A DNA stretch of 64,000 nt from Acetobacteraceae bacterium. GTDB lineage: Bacteria; Pseudomonadota; Alphaproteobacteria; Acetobacterales; Acetobacteraceae. The stretch lies in contig CBDAQM010000004.1 in NCBI GenBank assembly GCA_965199095.1, forward strand, positions 209,031 to 273,030, read 5' to 3'. The notes under the pieces were generated by a model, which saw only the letters and a program-made list of their open reading frames with translations, searched no databases and was not told the DNA's origin. Positions 38,832-46,552 of this stretch are shown here, piece by piece (the first letter of the stretch is position 1; each line of letters begins with the position of its first letter). The position numbers and the translations under genes were made by a program.

Positions 38832-39835
38832 GCCGCGCGAGTCCGCGGGTCGAGCCAGCCATAGGCCAGGTCGATCAGCAAATTCGCCACCATGAAGGTG
38901 ACGCCGACCAGCAGCGTCACCCCCATGACCGGCTTGAAGTCCGACGCGAGCGCCGAGGACACGGCGTACAGCCCGATGCCGGGCCAGTCGAACACCGTCT
39001 CCACCAGGAACGAACTGCCCAGCGTCCAGCCGAGGCGCAGCCCCACCATCGCCAGCGTCGGCAGCATCGCGTTCTTCAGCGCCAGCCAGCCGATCACCCG
39101 CCACGGCGACACGCCATGCGCCCGCGCGGCGGTGACGTAATCCGCGCCCAGCACCTCGATCATCTCGGCGCGGTTCACCCGCACGATCGCCGCCAGCGAC
39201 GGCAGCGCCAGCACGAACGCCGGCAGCACCGCGTACTGCAACGCCTCCCAGAACACCGGCCAGTCCCAGGCGAGCAGCGCGTCGAGCAGGATCATGCCCG
39301 TGAGCGGCGGCGGCGGCGCGGTGGCGACCGAAAGCTGCCCGCTGGTGGGCAGCCAGCCCAAATCCACGGCGAATACCAGTTGCAGCAGCAGCGCCGCCCA
39401 GAACGCCGGCAGCGCCACGCCGGACACCGCCAGCACGCGCACGAGATGGTCGAACGGCCGGTTGCGCCGCACCGCCGCCAGCACGCCCAGCGGCACCCCC
39501 ACCGCGACGGAGAACGCCATCGACAGCAACACCAACTCCATCGTCGCCGGGAAGTAGCGCTGCAAATCCTCGCCGACCGAGTCGCCAGTCTGCACGGAGC
39601 GGCCGAGCTTGCCGTGCAGGATGTCACCCACGTAGCGCACGAACTGCACCGGCAAGGGCTGGTCCAGCCCGTATTCGTGGCGGATCGTCGCCACCATGTC
39701 GCGTGTCGCGTCCGGCCCGGCCGCCAGCGCCGCCGGGTCCGACGGCACGACGTTGGACACGACGAAGGTGATCACCACCAGGCCGCACAGCATCAGCGCC
39801 AGCAAGGCCAGCCGGGTGGCGAGGAAGCGCAGCAC
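38828..39835 (-). CDS. oligopeptide/dipeptide-type ABC transporter permease (DppB-like)
   Basis: ORF 38828-39835 (GTG). MLRFLATRLALL.., LDQPLPVQFVRYV, EAA loop DYVTAARAHGVSPWRV. Confidence 0.85.
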   Translation of the reverse strand: MLRFLATRLALLALMLCGLVVITFVVSNVVPSDPAALAAGPDATRDMVATIRHEYGLDQPLPVQFVRYVGDILHGKLGRSVQTGDSVGEDLQRYFPATMELVLLSMAFSVAVGVPLGVLAAVRRNRPFDHLVRVLAVSGVALPAFWAALLLQLVFAVDLGWLPTSGQLSVATAPPPPLTGMILLDALLAWDWPVFWEALQYAVLPAFVLALPSLAAIVRVNRAEMIEVLGADYVTAARAHGVSPWRVIGWLALKNAMLPTLAMVGLRLGWTLGSSFLVETVFDWPGIGLYAVSSALASDFKPVMGVTLLVGVTFMVANLLIDLAYGWLDPRTRAA

Positions 39836-39844
39836 CGTCGCGCG

Positions 39845-41438
39845 CTACGCCTTCGCGGCGTAGAGCGTGTAGAGGTCCGCCTCCCCGGTCAGCCGAACCG
39901 GGCAGTATTCGAAGCCGCGGACATATTGGCGCATCGCCCATTTGCGGTCTTCCTGCATGCCGAAGATGCAGGGTTGCAGATCGACGATGCGCTGCTGGAT
40001 GGCGGCATACATCGTCATCCGCTTGGCCTGGTCGTTCTCCGACCGCGCGTCTGCGATCATCTTATCAAGTTGCGGGTCGCTGAGCTGGTGCATCGCCCAG
40101 AACTGCCCGGCGGCGGTGGACGAGTACTGCGCCGCGATCACGTCGGCATCCGGGCTGACCGGCGTCACGTAGACTGCGACCAGGTCGGACGCGGTGTTCC
40201 GGCTTGGCGCCGCGCGCGGTCAGCGTCGGCCAGGGCAGCGCCACGACGTTCACCTTGATGTCCAGCGGCTGCAACGATTCCAGCAGCGCCAGCCCGATCC
40301 GCCGCTCCACCTCCAGCCCGGCGACGTAGGTGTAGTCCAGCTCGACGCCGCCTTTCGGCCATTGCGTCTTGGCCAGGTAGGCGCGCGCCTTGTCCACATC
40401 CTTGCGCGGCATGTCCGCGATGGCGACATGCCCGGTCATCGCGTTGGGAAACGGGCTGTCCAGCAGCTTGGCCGCGCCGTTCTCGATCTGCAGCAGTGCG
40501 TCGTAGTCAAAGGCATAGGCCAGCGCCTTGCGGAAGTTCAGGTCCGCGGTGGGACCCTTCTGCGTGTTCATCTGGATGGTGAACGGCGTCATGCCGGTAT
40601 CGTCCGTGACGACGATGCCCGGCATCTTGGCCATTTGGTCGTAATCGTCGGGCGTCATCTCCGTCACCATGTCCACCTCGCCCCGCTGCAGCGCCGCCTT
40701 GCGCGGAGCGGGCTCGCGGATCACGCGGTAGATGACGCCGGCCGGGCGCTCGGCCGCCGGCATCGGCCAGCCTTTCCAGTAATCCGGCGCCGCGTCCAGC
40801 GCCATCACGGCCTGGCCGTCCCACCGCTTGATGCGGAACGGGCCGGACCCGGCGTCCCCGTCGGTGAGGAATTTCTGGCCGTAATCGTCCCCCACCTGGG
40901 CGGCCATGACCTGCTTCGGGTTGACGATGAACCACAGCGGGATGAAGGACAGGAACGCGCCGTAGGGCTGCGTCAGCGTGATCCGCACCGTCTGCGGGTC
41001 GACCGCCGCGATGCCGGTGGGATCCAGATGCCCCTTCAGCATCCAGGCCACGCCCTTGTTGAGCTTCAACGCCCGCTCGAACGAGAAGCGCACCGCCTCG
41101 GCATCCACCTTGTCGCCGTTGTGGAATTTCGCGTTGGCGGCCAGGTGGAAGGTCCAGGTGAGGCCGTCCGGACTGCTGTCCCACCGTTCGGCCAGCCAGG
41201 GAACCACTTTCGCGGGATTGCCCACGTATTTGGCCAGCCCGTCATAGATCGCCTGCTGCATCATGCGGGTGGACCAGTCATAGCGCACATGCGGGTCGAG
41301 CACAGGCACGGGTTGGCCGCCGGAGAACACCAGCATCGCCCCGTCGCCCACGCGCTCCAGCGCGCCGGCCTGTAGGCCGGGAAGGCTGGCGCCGACCAGT
41401 CCCGCGCCGCCGGCTGCCAGGAAGTCCCGACGCTTCAT
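39845..41438 (-). pseudogene. family-5 (oligopeptide/nickel-type) ABC substrate-binding protein gene interrupted by a frameshift near 40190-40220
   Basis: ORF 40065-41456 has AAGGAG before ATG 41438 and a Tat-like MKRRDFLAAGGAG. It reads as an SBP up to ..ALPWPTLTARGAKPE and then becomes Arg/Pro junk. The SBP C-terminus (..NTASDLVAVYVTPVSPDADVIAAQY..NPQLDKMIADAR..) continues in another frame, which is ORF 39845-40168 extended upstream to 40219. Confidence 0.7.
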
Positions 41439-41504
41439 GCCTTGCTCCTTTTCCAAAATTCGCCGGCCTGAGCAGTCGACCTGCGCGATCGAAACTGGAT
41501 GAGA

Positions 41505-42464
41505 CTACTGCGTTATCGAATCAATCTCGGCAAGCTCTTCCACCGTCAGCTTCCATGCGCCGGCTTCAGTGTTCTGCGCCACCTGCTCCGGCCTCGTTGC
41601 GCCGGCGATCACGCTGGCCACGGGGCTGCGGGCCAGCAGCCAACTGAACGCGAGTTCCACCATGGTATGCCCGCGGGCGGCGCAGAAATCCGCCAGCTTT
41701 TCGACACGCGGCCAATTCACATCGGTAAGGTACCGGTCGGCAAGACGCTGCGTGCTGGTCAGCCGCGCGCCCTCCGGCATGGTCGCGTTGCGCTGGTATT
41801 TCCCGGTCAGCAGTCCGCTGGCCAGCGGGAAATACGGCAATAGGCCGAGCCCAAAACGCTCCGCGGCGGGCAGCAACTCCTTCTCCGCGTCACGCACGAG
41901 CAACGACAGCTCATCCTGGCAGGAGATGAAGGGAGTCAGGCGCCTGGTATCGGCAGTCCACATCGCGTCCGCAACCTGCCAGGCGGCGAAGTTGGAACAG
42001 CCGATATACCGCACCTTGCCGGCGCGTACCAGGTCGTCCAAGGCGCTCAGCGATTCGTCGAGCGGCGTCTTCGGATCAAACCGGTGCTGCTGGTACAGGT
42101 CGATCCAGTCGGTTCGCAGCCGCACTAGGCTGTCCTCCACCGCGCGCACGATGTAGCGGCGGGATGCGCCGGATTTCTGCCCGGCGTCGTCCATCGGCAT
42201 GCCGAACTTGCTGGCGAGCACGATGTCCTGCCGGCGCGGCCCGAGCACCGCGCCCAGGATTTCCTCCGACGCGCCCTTGTGGCTCGTCCCGATGCCGAGC
42301 GCACCGTACACGTCCGCCGTGTCGAACAGCGTGATGCCGGCATCCAGCGCAGCATGGATCACCCTGCGCGACGCCTCCAGGTCGATGCGTCCGCCGAAAT
42401 TGTTGCAGCCGAGGCCGATGGTGGAGACCTGCAGGCCGGAGCGGCCGAGGGTGCGGTATTCCAT
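41505..42464 (-). CDS. aldo/keto reductase
   Basis: ORF 41505-42464. MEYRTLGRSGLQVSTIGLGCNNFG, FDTADVYG, catalytic-tetrad context, GAT.PEQV. Confidence 0.9.
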   Translation of the reverse strand: MEYRTLGRSGLQVSTIGLGCNNFGGRIDLEASRRVIHAALDAGITLFDTADVYGALGIGTSHKGASEEILGAVLGPRRQDIVLASKFGMPMDDAGQKSGASRRYIVRAVEDSLVRLRTDWIDLYQQHRFDPKTPLDESLSALDDLVRAGKVRYIGCSNFAAWQVADAMWTADTRRLTPFISCQDELSLLVRDAEKELLPAAERFGLGLLPYFPLASGLLTGKYQRNATMPEGARLTSTQRLADRYLTDVNWPRVEKLADFCAARGHTMVELAFSWLLARSPVASVIAGATRPEQVAQNTEAGAWKLTVEELAEIDSITQ

Positions 42465-42477
42465 GCGATAAAGTCCT

Positions 42478-43212
42478 TCAGCCGCGGTGGGAGGGCAGGG
42501 ACGCGATCTCGTTGACCAGTTTGCGGGTCATCGCGTCACCGAAGGTGGAGAAGTCATGCACTTCCAGCACGAAGCTTTCCGTGCCGCCGCTGACGTTCTC
42601 CCGATACCAGTTCGTCAGGCCGCCGGGCGGCTGGGTATGGGCGAAGGTATAGGAGACCGGGTGGTCATTGATGATGGCGAGGCCGTTGATGGTGATGTCG
42701 GCCTTCACCGCATCGTCCCGCGCGTCGGAGACGGGGCGCCCGGCGTTGTTGGTCCCGTCGCCGCTCACGTCGATCACCTTGCGGGCGTCCCCAAAATGTC
42801 CGTCCACCAGCAGCTTCGCCGCCACGTCGACGCCGGCGCTGATGGCGGTGCGGCCGTAGGAGGAGCGGGGGAGTGCGGTCATCGTCGCCGCGAAAGCGCT
42901 GGCGGAGGCGGCGTCCGAGATGACGGTCCAATCCATCAGCGTCTGCACGCTCTCCAGATTGGAGAACTCGACATAGGCCACCGCGATGCGCCCATTCGGG
43001 CCGCCCTGGATCGCGGCGACCACCTTCGGGTCCTGGAACGCCGCGGCGTAGCCTTTCTTCTCAAGCTGGAATTCGCTGTCGTCGATGGAGCGTGACACGT
43101 CTGTCACCAGCACCAGGGCGACGTCGACCGGGGGCGTGGCCGCCCGTGCCGTCGTGGCGAGAGCAAGCAGGGCGGCCAGGATGAGGCGAGGCATCCTGGC
43201 CGCCCCGATCAA
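42478..43212 (-). CDS. DUF1194 (vWA-like) domain protein, secreted
   Basis: ORF 42478-43212. Signal peptide, MIDAS-like DVSRSID, DVSGDGTNN, INGLAI, which is the DUF1194 pattern. Confidence 0.8.
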   Translation of the reverse strand: MIGAARMPRLILAALLALATTARAATPPVDVALVLVTDVSRSIDDSEFQLEKKGYAAAFQDPKVVAAIQGGPNGRIAVAYVEFSNLESVQTLMDWTVISDAASASAFAATMTALPRSSYGRTAISAGVDVAAKLLVDGHFGDARKVIDVSGDGTNNAGRPVSDARDDAVKADITINGLAIINDHPVSYTFAHTQPPGGLTNWYRENVSGGTESFVLEVHDFSTFGDAMTRKLVNEIASLPSHRG

Positions 43213-43670
43213 TGGATGATCTCGAGCTGGATGCCGTCCGCCGAGCCAGCGAGCCGTGCGCCCTTGGTCACGTCGTCGATGCGTAATTCGACGCCCTGGC
43301 CGTTCTTCAGGAACTGGCCACCCAGGCCGTTGCCGAGCGTCGCTTCGCCGCTGGCCGCCCCATACGTGCCGTTGAAATCTTCCAGCCGGTGCAGGTTGTA
43401 GACCCTGCCATGGCCCACGATCCGGCTGAAGCCGACATCGGCCACGGTGACGCCCTTGACGGAGAAGCGATAGCGATGGCCGCCATAGGTCAACGTGCCG
43501 TTTCCCCAGGTGTATCCTACCCCGACGGCGGCGCCGCGGGCCTGGATGGTGATGCGGCCGACCACCGGGCCCGGCGCTGCCGGGTCGCGCTGGGCGGAGG
43601 CAGGCATGGCAGCCGCGAGACCCGCGGCCAAGGCAAAACCGCCAAGTACGCGGCGGGTGATACTGGTCAT
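43209..43670 (-). CDS. hypothetical secreted glycine-rich beta protein
   Basis: ORF 43209-43673 (ATG 43670). Signal peptide ending ASAQ. Periodic G-x-G pattern (GVGYTWGNGTLTYGGHRYRFSVKG..GHGRVYNLHRLEDFNGTYGAASGEATLG). Its stop overlaps the DUF1194 ATG (ATGA). Confidence 0.6.
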   Translation of the reverse strand: MTSITRRVLGGFALAAGLAAAMPASAQRDPAAPGPVVGRITIQARGAAVGVGYTWGNGTLTYGGHRYRFSVKGVTVADVGFSRIVGHGRVYNLHRLEDFNGTYGAASGEATLGNGLGGQFLKNGQGVELRIDDVTKGARLAGSADGIQLEIIH

Positions 43671-43743
43671 CAAAACATACCTTTAGAAAGTTCCAAACAA
43701 GCGATAACGCCTGCCACGATGCTACGTTGCGATCCCTGCCGCA

Positions 43744-44391
43744 TCAATGGCTGGCCCAGACGATCCGGTGCAGCCAGGCCACGTCCTTTAGGTCGAAGCT
43801 GTGGTCCTTGTGCGCCGGGTTCAAGCTTTTGAGCTCCACGCGGCGGGCGGAGCGGCGGGCCAGTTGCTTGGCCATCACCTCTCCGGCGTTCGTGCGCACC
43901 ACCACGCGGTCGCCGCGCCGGATCGGCGCGGCCGGGGAGACGATCACGACGTCGCCATCGCGGAACACCGGCTCCATCGACGTGCCGGAGATTTCCAGCG
44001 CGTAGGCGTTGAGGTCGCCGATTTCCGGCAGGCTCACCTCGTCCCAACTGCCGCCCACCGGATAGCCGCCATCGTCGAAGAACCCGTCCGACCCGGCCTG
44101 CGCCAGCCCGATCAGCGGGATGCGCCGTTGCGGCTGCATCCGCAGGTTGGAAGAGATGGCGCGGGCGCCCGACACCAGGGCCGTGAAGGCTTCCAGGCTC
44201 GCGCCGGTGGCGTTCAGCACCTTGGCGAGGCTTTCGGTGCTCGGCCAACGCGCACGGCCATCCGGCATCAGGCGTTTGGAAGGGTTGAACGTGGTCGGAT
44301 CCAGCCCGGCCGCGCGGGCGAGCCCCGACACGGACAACCCGTTCTCAGCCGCCAAGGTGTCGAGCGCGCGCCAGATATCCTCGTGCTTCAC
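43744..44391 (-). CDS. HTH + S24 peptidase repressor (phage CI / LexA fold; not the housekeeping LexA)
   Basis: GTG 44391 within ORF 43744-44457. N-terminal HTH (IWRALDTLAAENGLSVSGLARAAGLDPTTFN) and a C-terminal self-cleavage module with Ser (GTSMEP) and Lys (VMAKQL). Confidence 0.8.
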   Translation of the reverse strand: MKHEDIWRALDTLAAENGLSVSGLARAAGLDPTTFNPSKRLMPDGRARWPSTESLAKVLNATGASLEAFTALVSGARAISSNLRMQPQRRIPLIGLAQAGSDGFFDDGGYPVGGSWDEVSLPEIGDLNAYALEISGTSMEPVFRDGDVVIVSPAAPIRRGDRVVVRTNAGEVMAKQLARRSARRVELKSLNPAHKDHSFDLKDVAWLHRIVWASH

Positions 44392-44446
44392 GCGTGTGTC
44401 TCTGCTTTCCCGACGGCCTGCGACTCGATGGAGGTGCAGGGTAATG

Positions 44447-44482
44447 GGAATTAACACCGAAAGCGATAGGAATTAACGCCGA
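44447..44482. promoter_or_regulatory. two 14-nt direct repeats GGAATTAAC(A/G)CCGA spaced 22 nt start to start (candidate operators)
   Basis: 44447-44460 and 44469-44482 match at 13 of 14 nt. They lie in the 155-nt divergent gap between the S24 repressor gene and the 118-aa ORF. A related GCGATAGGATTAAATACC sits at 44915-44932, upstream of the 77-aa ORF. Confidence 0.4.
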
Positions 44483-44516
44483 TTTTGCTTGCGACGAGGT
44501 GAGGTCCTGGGTTTAT

Positions 44517-44531
44517 GTTCCTGTTTAGTTC
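44517..44531 (+). promoter_or_regulatory. alphaproteobacterial-type SOS (LexA) box candidate GTTC-N7-GTTC
   Basis: GTTCCTGTTTAGTTC, ending 16 nt upstream of ATG 44547, in a locally AT-richer stretch. Confidence 0.4.
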
Positions 44532-44546
44532 ACGCCGGGATTTCCG

Positions 44547-44903
44547 ATGCTCGCTCTTCGCCGCACACATGACGACGCCCTGACCCGTCCCTTCCGCAGC
44601 GCGGAGGAGGCCTGGTTATGGACCATGGCGGTGCTGCTCGCCCGGCGGGATGGGGCTGGCGAGGCGTGGCGGCCGGACGGGCCACCCCGGCCATGCGATC
44701 CTGATGACGTGATCCGATGCTTCGATACACTGTATCGACAACGCAGCATCGAATTGCTGCACGTCCGCATCCTCCGCATTTGGGGGGAACGGCAGCGTCC
44801 GCCGCATCCGGACCGCCCATGGCAGAACTCCGACTGGCGGCTTTGGCGCCAGGCGCTCGGGCAACTGGAATGGGCGTTGCGCGCCCGCGACGTGGTGCGC
44901 TGA
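44547..44903 (+). CDS. hypothetical protein, 118 aa, Arg/Trp-rich
   Basis: ORF 44547-44903. No family recognised. Third-position G/C content is visibly lower than in neighbouring genes. Divergent from the S24 repressor. Confidence 0.5.
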   Translation: MLALRRTHDDALTRPFRSAEEAWLWTMAVLLARRDGAGEAWRPDGPPRPCDPDDVIRCFDTLYRQRSIELLHVRILRIWGERQRPPHPDRPWQNSDWRLWRQALGQLEWALRARDVVR

Positions 44904-44951
44904 GCTTTCGCTCTGCGATAGGATTAAATACCTAACAATAAAGGATCTCCC

Positions 44952-45185
44952 ATGAGCTTCATGCTACGCAGCCTCTCCGTCCTCGCCTACGCCAACGGCT
45001 TCACCCTGTGGCATTACAAGACCGGCCAGGATGCGCTGTCCGCCGTCGAGCGCTCCGGCTACTTCGATGATGCGGTCGACATGATGGCAGGGGGGGACAT
45101 CGTGCTGGTCTCGGCCGCTGATGGCGGCCGGGTCATGTCCGTTGCGTCCGAAGCGGGGCGGGTGACGGCGGAGCCGCTGGTGTGA
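44952..45185 (+). CDS. hypothetical protein, 77 aa
   Basis: ORF 44952-45185. AAGGA 7 nt upstream of the ATG. G/C-rich third positions. No family recognised (contains ANGFTLWHYKT). Confidence 0.6.
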   Translation: MSFMLRSLSVLAYANGFTLWHYKTGQDALSAVERSGYFDDAVDMMAGGDIVLVSAADGGRVMSVASEAGRVTAEPLV

Positions 45186-45428
45186 TCAGGCGCGGCGCCG
45201 CGCCCGCTTGACGGCTGAAGTGGGGGCGATTTCCACGGCATGCCGTGCGAGCCCCGCCTCCGTCGCCACGAACCGGTGGTCGGGCCGCTCGCATGCGAAG
45301 CCGAGCTGCGACAGCCGGGCAAGGCAGGGACCGTCCTTCAACCCGCCGGGCCGGCCCGACGACCCCACCAGCAGCAGCCGGTGCAGGGCGGACCGGCAGC
45401 AGGTTTCAAGATAGGGTTCGTCCCACAT
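45186..45428 (-). CDS. hypothetical protein, 80 aa (possible winged-helix)
   Basis: ORF 45186-45428. G/C-rich third positions. The competing plus-strand reading (N-terminal extension of the pyrD ORF) is Arg/Pro/Ala junk. Confidence 0.4.
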   Translation of the reverse strand: MWDEPYLETCCRSALHRLLLVGSSGRPGGLKDGPCLARLSQLGFACERPDHRFVATEAGLARHAVEIAPTSAVKRARRRA

Positions 45429-45490
45429 CCCCGAAGCAATCGGTCAAACCGCGCAGCCTGGCAAGTCCGCCTGGTGCAGGGCGCAGCGCG

Positions 45491-46552
45491 ATGCGGCATA
45501 ACACCGGCATGACTCCCGCACTCGCCTCCGCCGCCCTGCCGTTGCTGCGCCACGTCGATCCGGAGCGGGCACACCGCCTGGCGCTGCGGGCCTTGCGGCT
45601 GGGGCTGGCAGGGCAGGCGAGCGGGCCGGACGACCCGGTGCTCGGCACGTCCTTGCTGGGGCGGCGTCTGTCCAACCCGATCGGGCTGGCCGCCGGGTTC
45701 GACAAGGATGCGGTGGCGGCGTGTGCGTTGCTGCGGCTGGGCTTCGGCGCGGTCGAACTGGGCACCGTCACGCCCCGGCCGCAGGCCGGCAATGCCCGGC
45801 CGCGCCTGTTCCGGCTGGATCAGGGGGCGGTCATCAACCGCATGGGCTTCAACAATGGCGGCATCGACGCCTTCACGGCGCGGCTGGGGCAGGCGAGGGC
45901 GCCTGCCGGCACGTTGCTGGGGGCCAATGTCGGCATCAACAAGGACGGCGCCGACCCGGAGCGGGATTACCCGGCCCTGGTCGCCGCCGTGGCGCCCCAT
46001 GCCGCCTATGTGGCGCTGAACGTCAGTTCGCCCAACACCGCCGGGCTGCGCGGCCTGCAGGAGGAGGCACGGCTGCGCGCCATCCTGGCCGCCGTCATGG
46101 CCTTGCCTGCATGCCCGCCGATCTTCGTGAAGGTCGCGCCCGACCTGGGGCCGGGCGCGCTGGACAGCATCGTGGAGGTCGCGGTGGCGGCGGGGATCGC
46201 CGGGCTGATCGTGTCCAACACCACCATCGCCCGTCCGCCCGGCCTGCAAGGGCGTCATGTGGGCGAGGCCGGCGGCCTGTCCGGGCCGCCGCTGATGACA
46301 CCCGCCACGGCGGTGCTGGCGCAGGCCTGGCGGCTGGCGCGGGGCCGGCTGGTGCTGATCGGCTGCGGCGGCGTGTCCAGCGGGGCCGACGTGCTCGCCA
46401 AGCTGCGGGCCGGGGCGCAGCTCGTGCAACTCTATACCGCCTTCGCGGTGCACGGTCCGGCGCTGCTGCCGCGCATCAAGGCGGAGTTGGCGGCGGCGCT
46501 GCGCCGCGAAGGGTTCAACAGCGTCGCCGAAGCCGTGGGGACCGCAGCATGA
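45491..46552 (+). CDS. pyrD: dihydroorotate dehydrogenase (quinone), class 2
   Basis: Distal part of ORF 45245-46552 (ATG 45491 or 45509). GLAAGFDK, VELGTVTPRPQ.GN..PR.FR, NRMGFNN, NVSSPNTAGLR, GCGGV. Confidence 0.9.
   Translation: MRHNTGMTPALASAALPLLRHVDPERAHRLALRALRLGLAGQASGPDDPVLGTSLLGRRLSNPIGLAAGFDKDAVAACALLRLGFGAVELGTVTPRPQAGNARPRLFRLDQGAVINRMGFNNGGIDAFTARLGQARAPAGTLLGANVGINKDGADPERDYPALVAAVAPHAAYVALNVSSPNTAGLRGLQEEARLRAILAAVMALPACPPIFVKVAPDLGPGALDSIVEVAVAAGIAGLIVSNTTIARPPGLQGRHVGEAGGLSGPPLMTPATAVLAQAWRLARGRLVLIGCGGVSSGADVLAKLRAGAQLVQLYTAFAVHGPALLPRIKAELAAALRREGFNSVAEAVGTAA

Noticed and set aside
44451-44476. A CtrA box (TTAA-N7-TTAA) reading of the TTAAC-containing direct repeats.
   Set aside because: The two TTAA cores are 18 nt apart rather than 7, and the third related box does not contain a properly spaced second half-site. 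Only isolated half-sites are present.
43744-45428. A prophage or prophage remnant around the S24 repressor.
   Set aside because: The window has no integrase, excisionase, replication, structural, tail or lysis genes. The flanks are housekeeping or metabolic genes. It is kept as a regulatory-switch finding, not called a mobile element.
45245-45490. The N-terminal 82-codon extension of the pyrD ORF, and similar extensions at 20061-20291, 29122-29208, 32009-32128, 3602-4516 and 45721-46548.
   Set aside because: The extensions are Arg/Pro/Ala-rich, overlap the preceding gene or a better-supported opposite-strand ORF, and precede an internal Met that matches the normal family N-terminus, often with an RBS or stop-start overlap.
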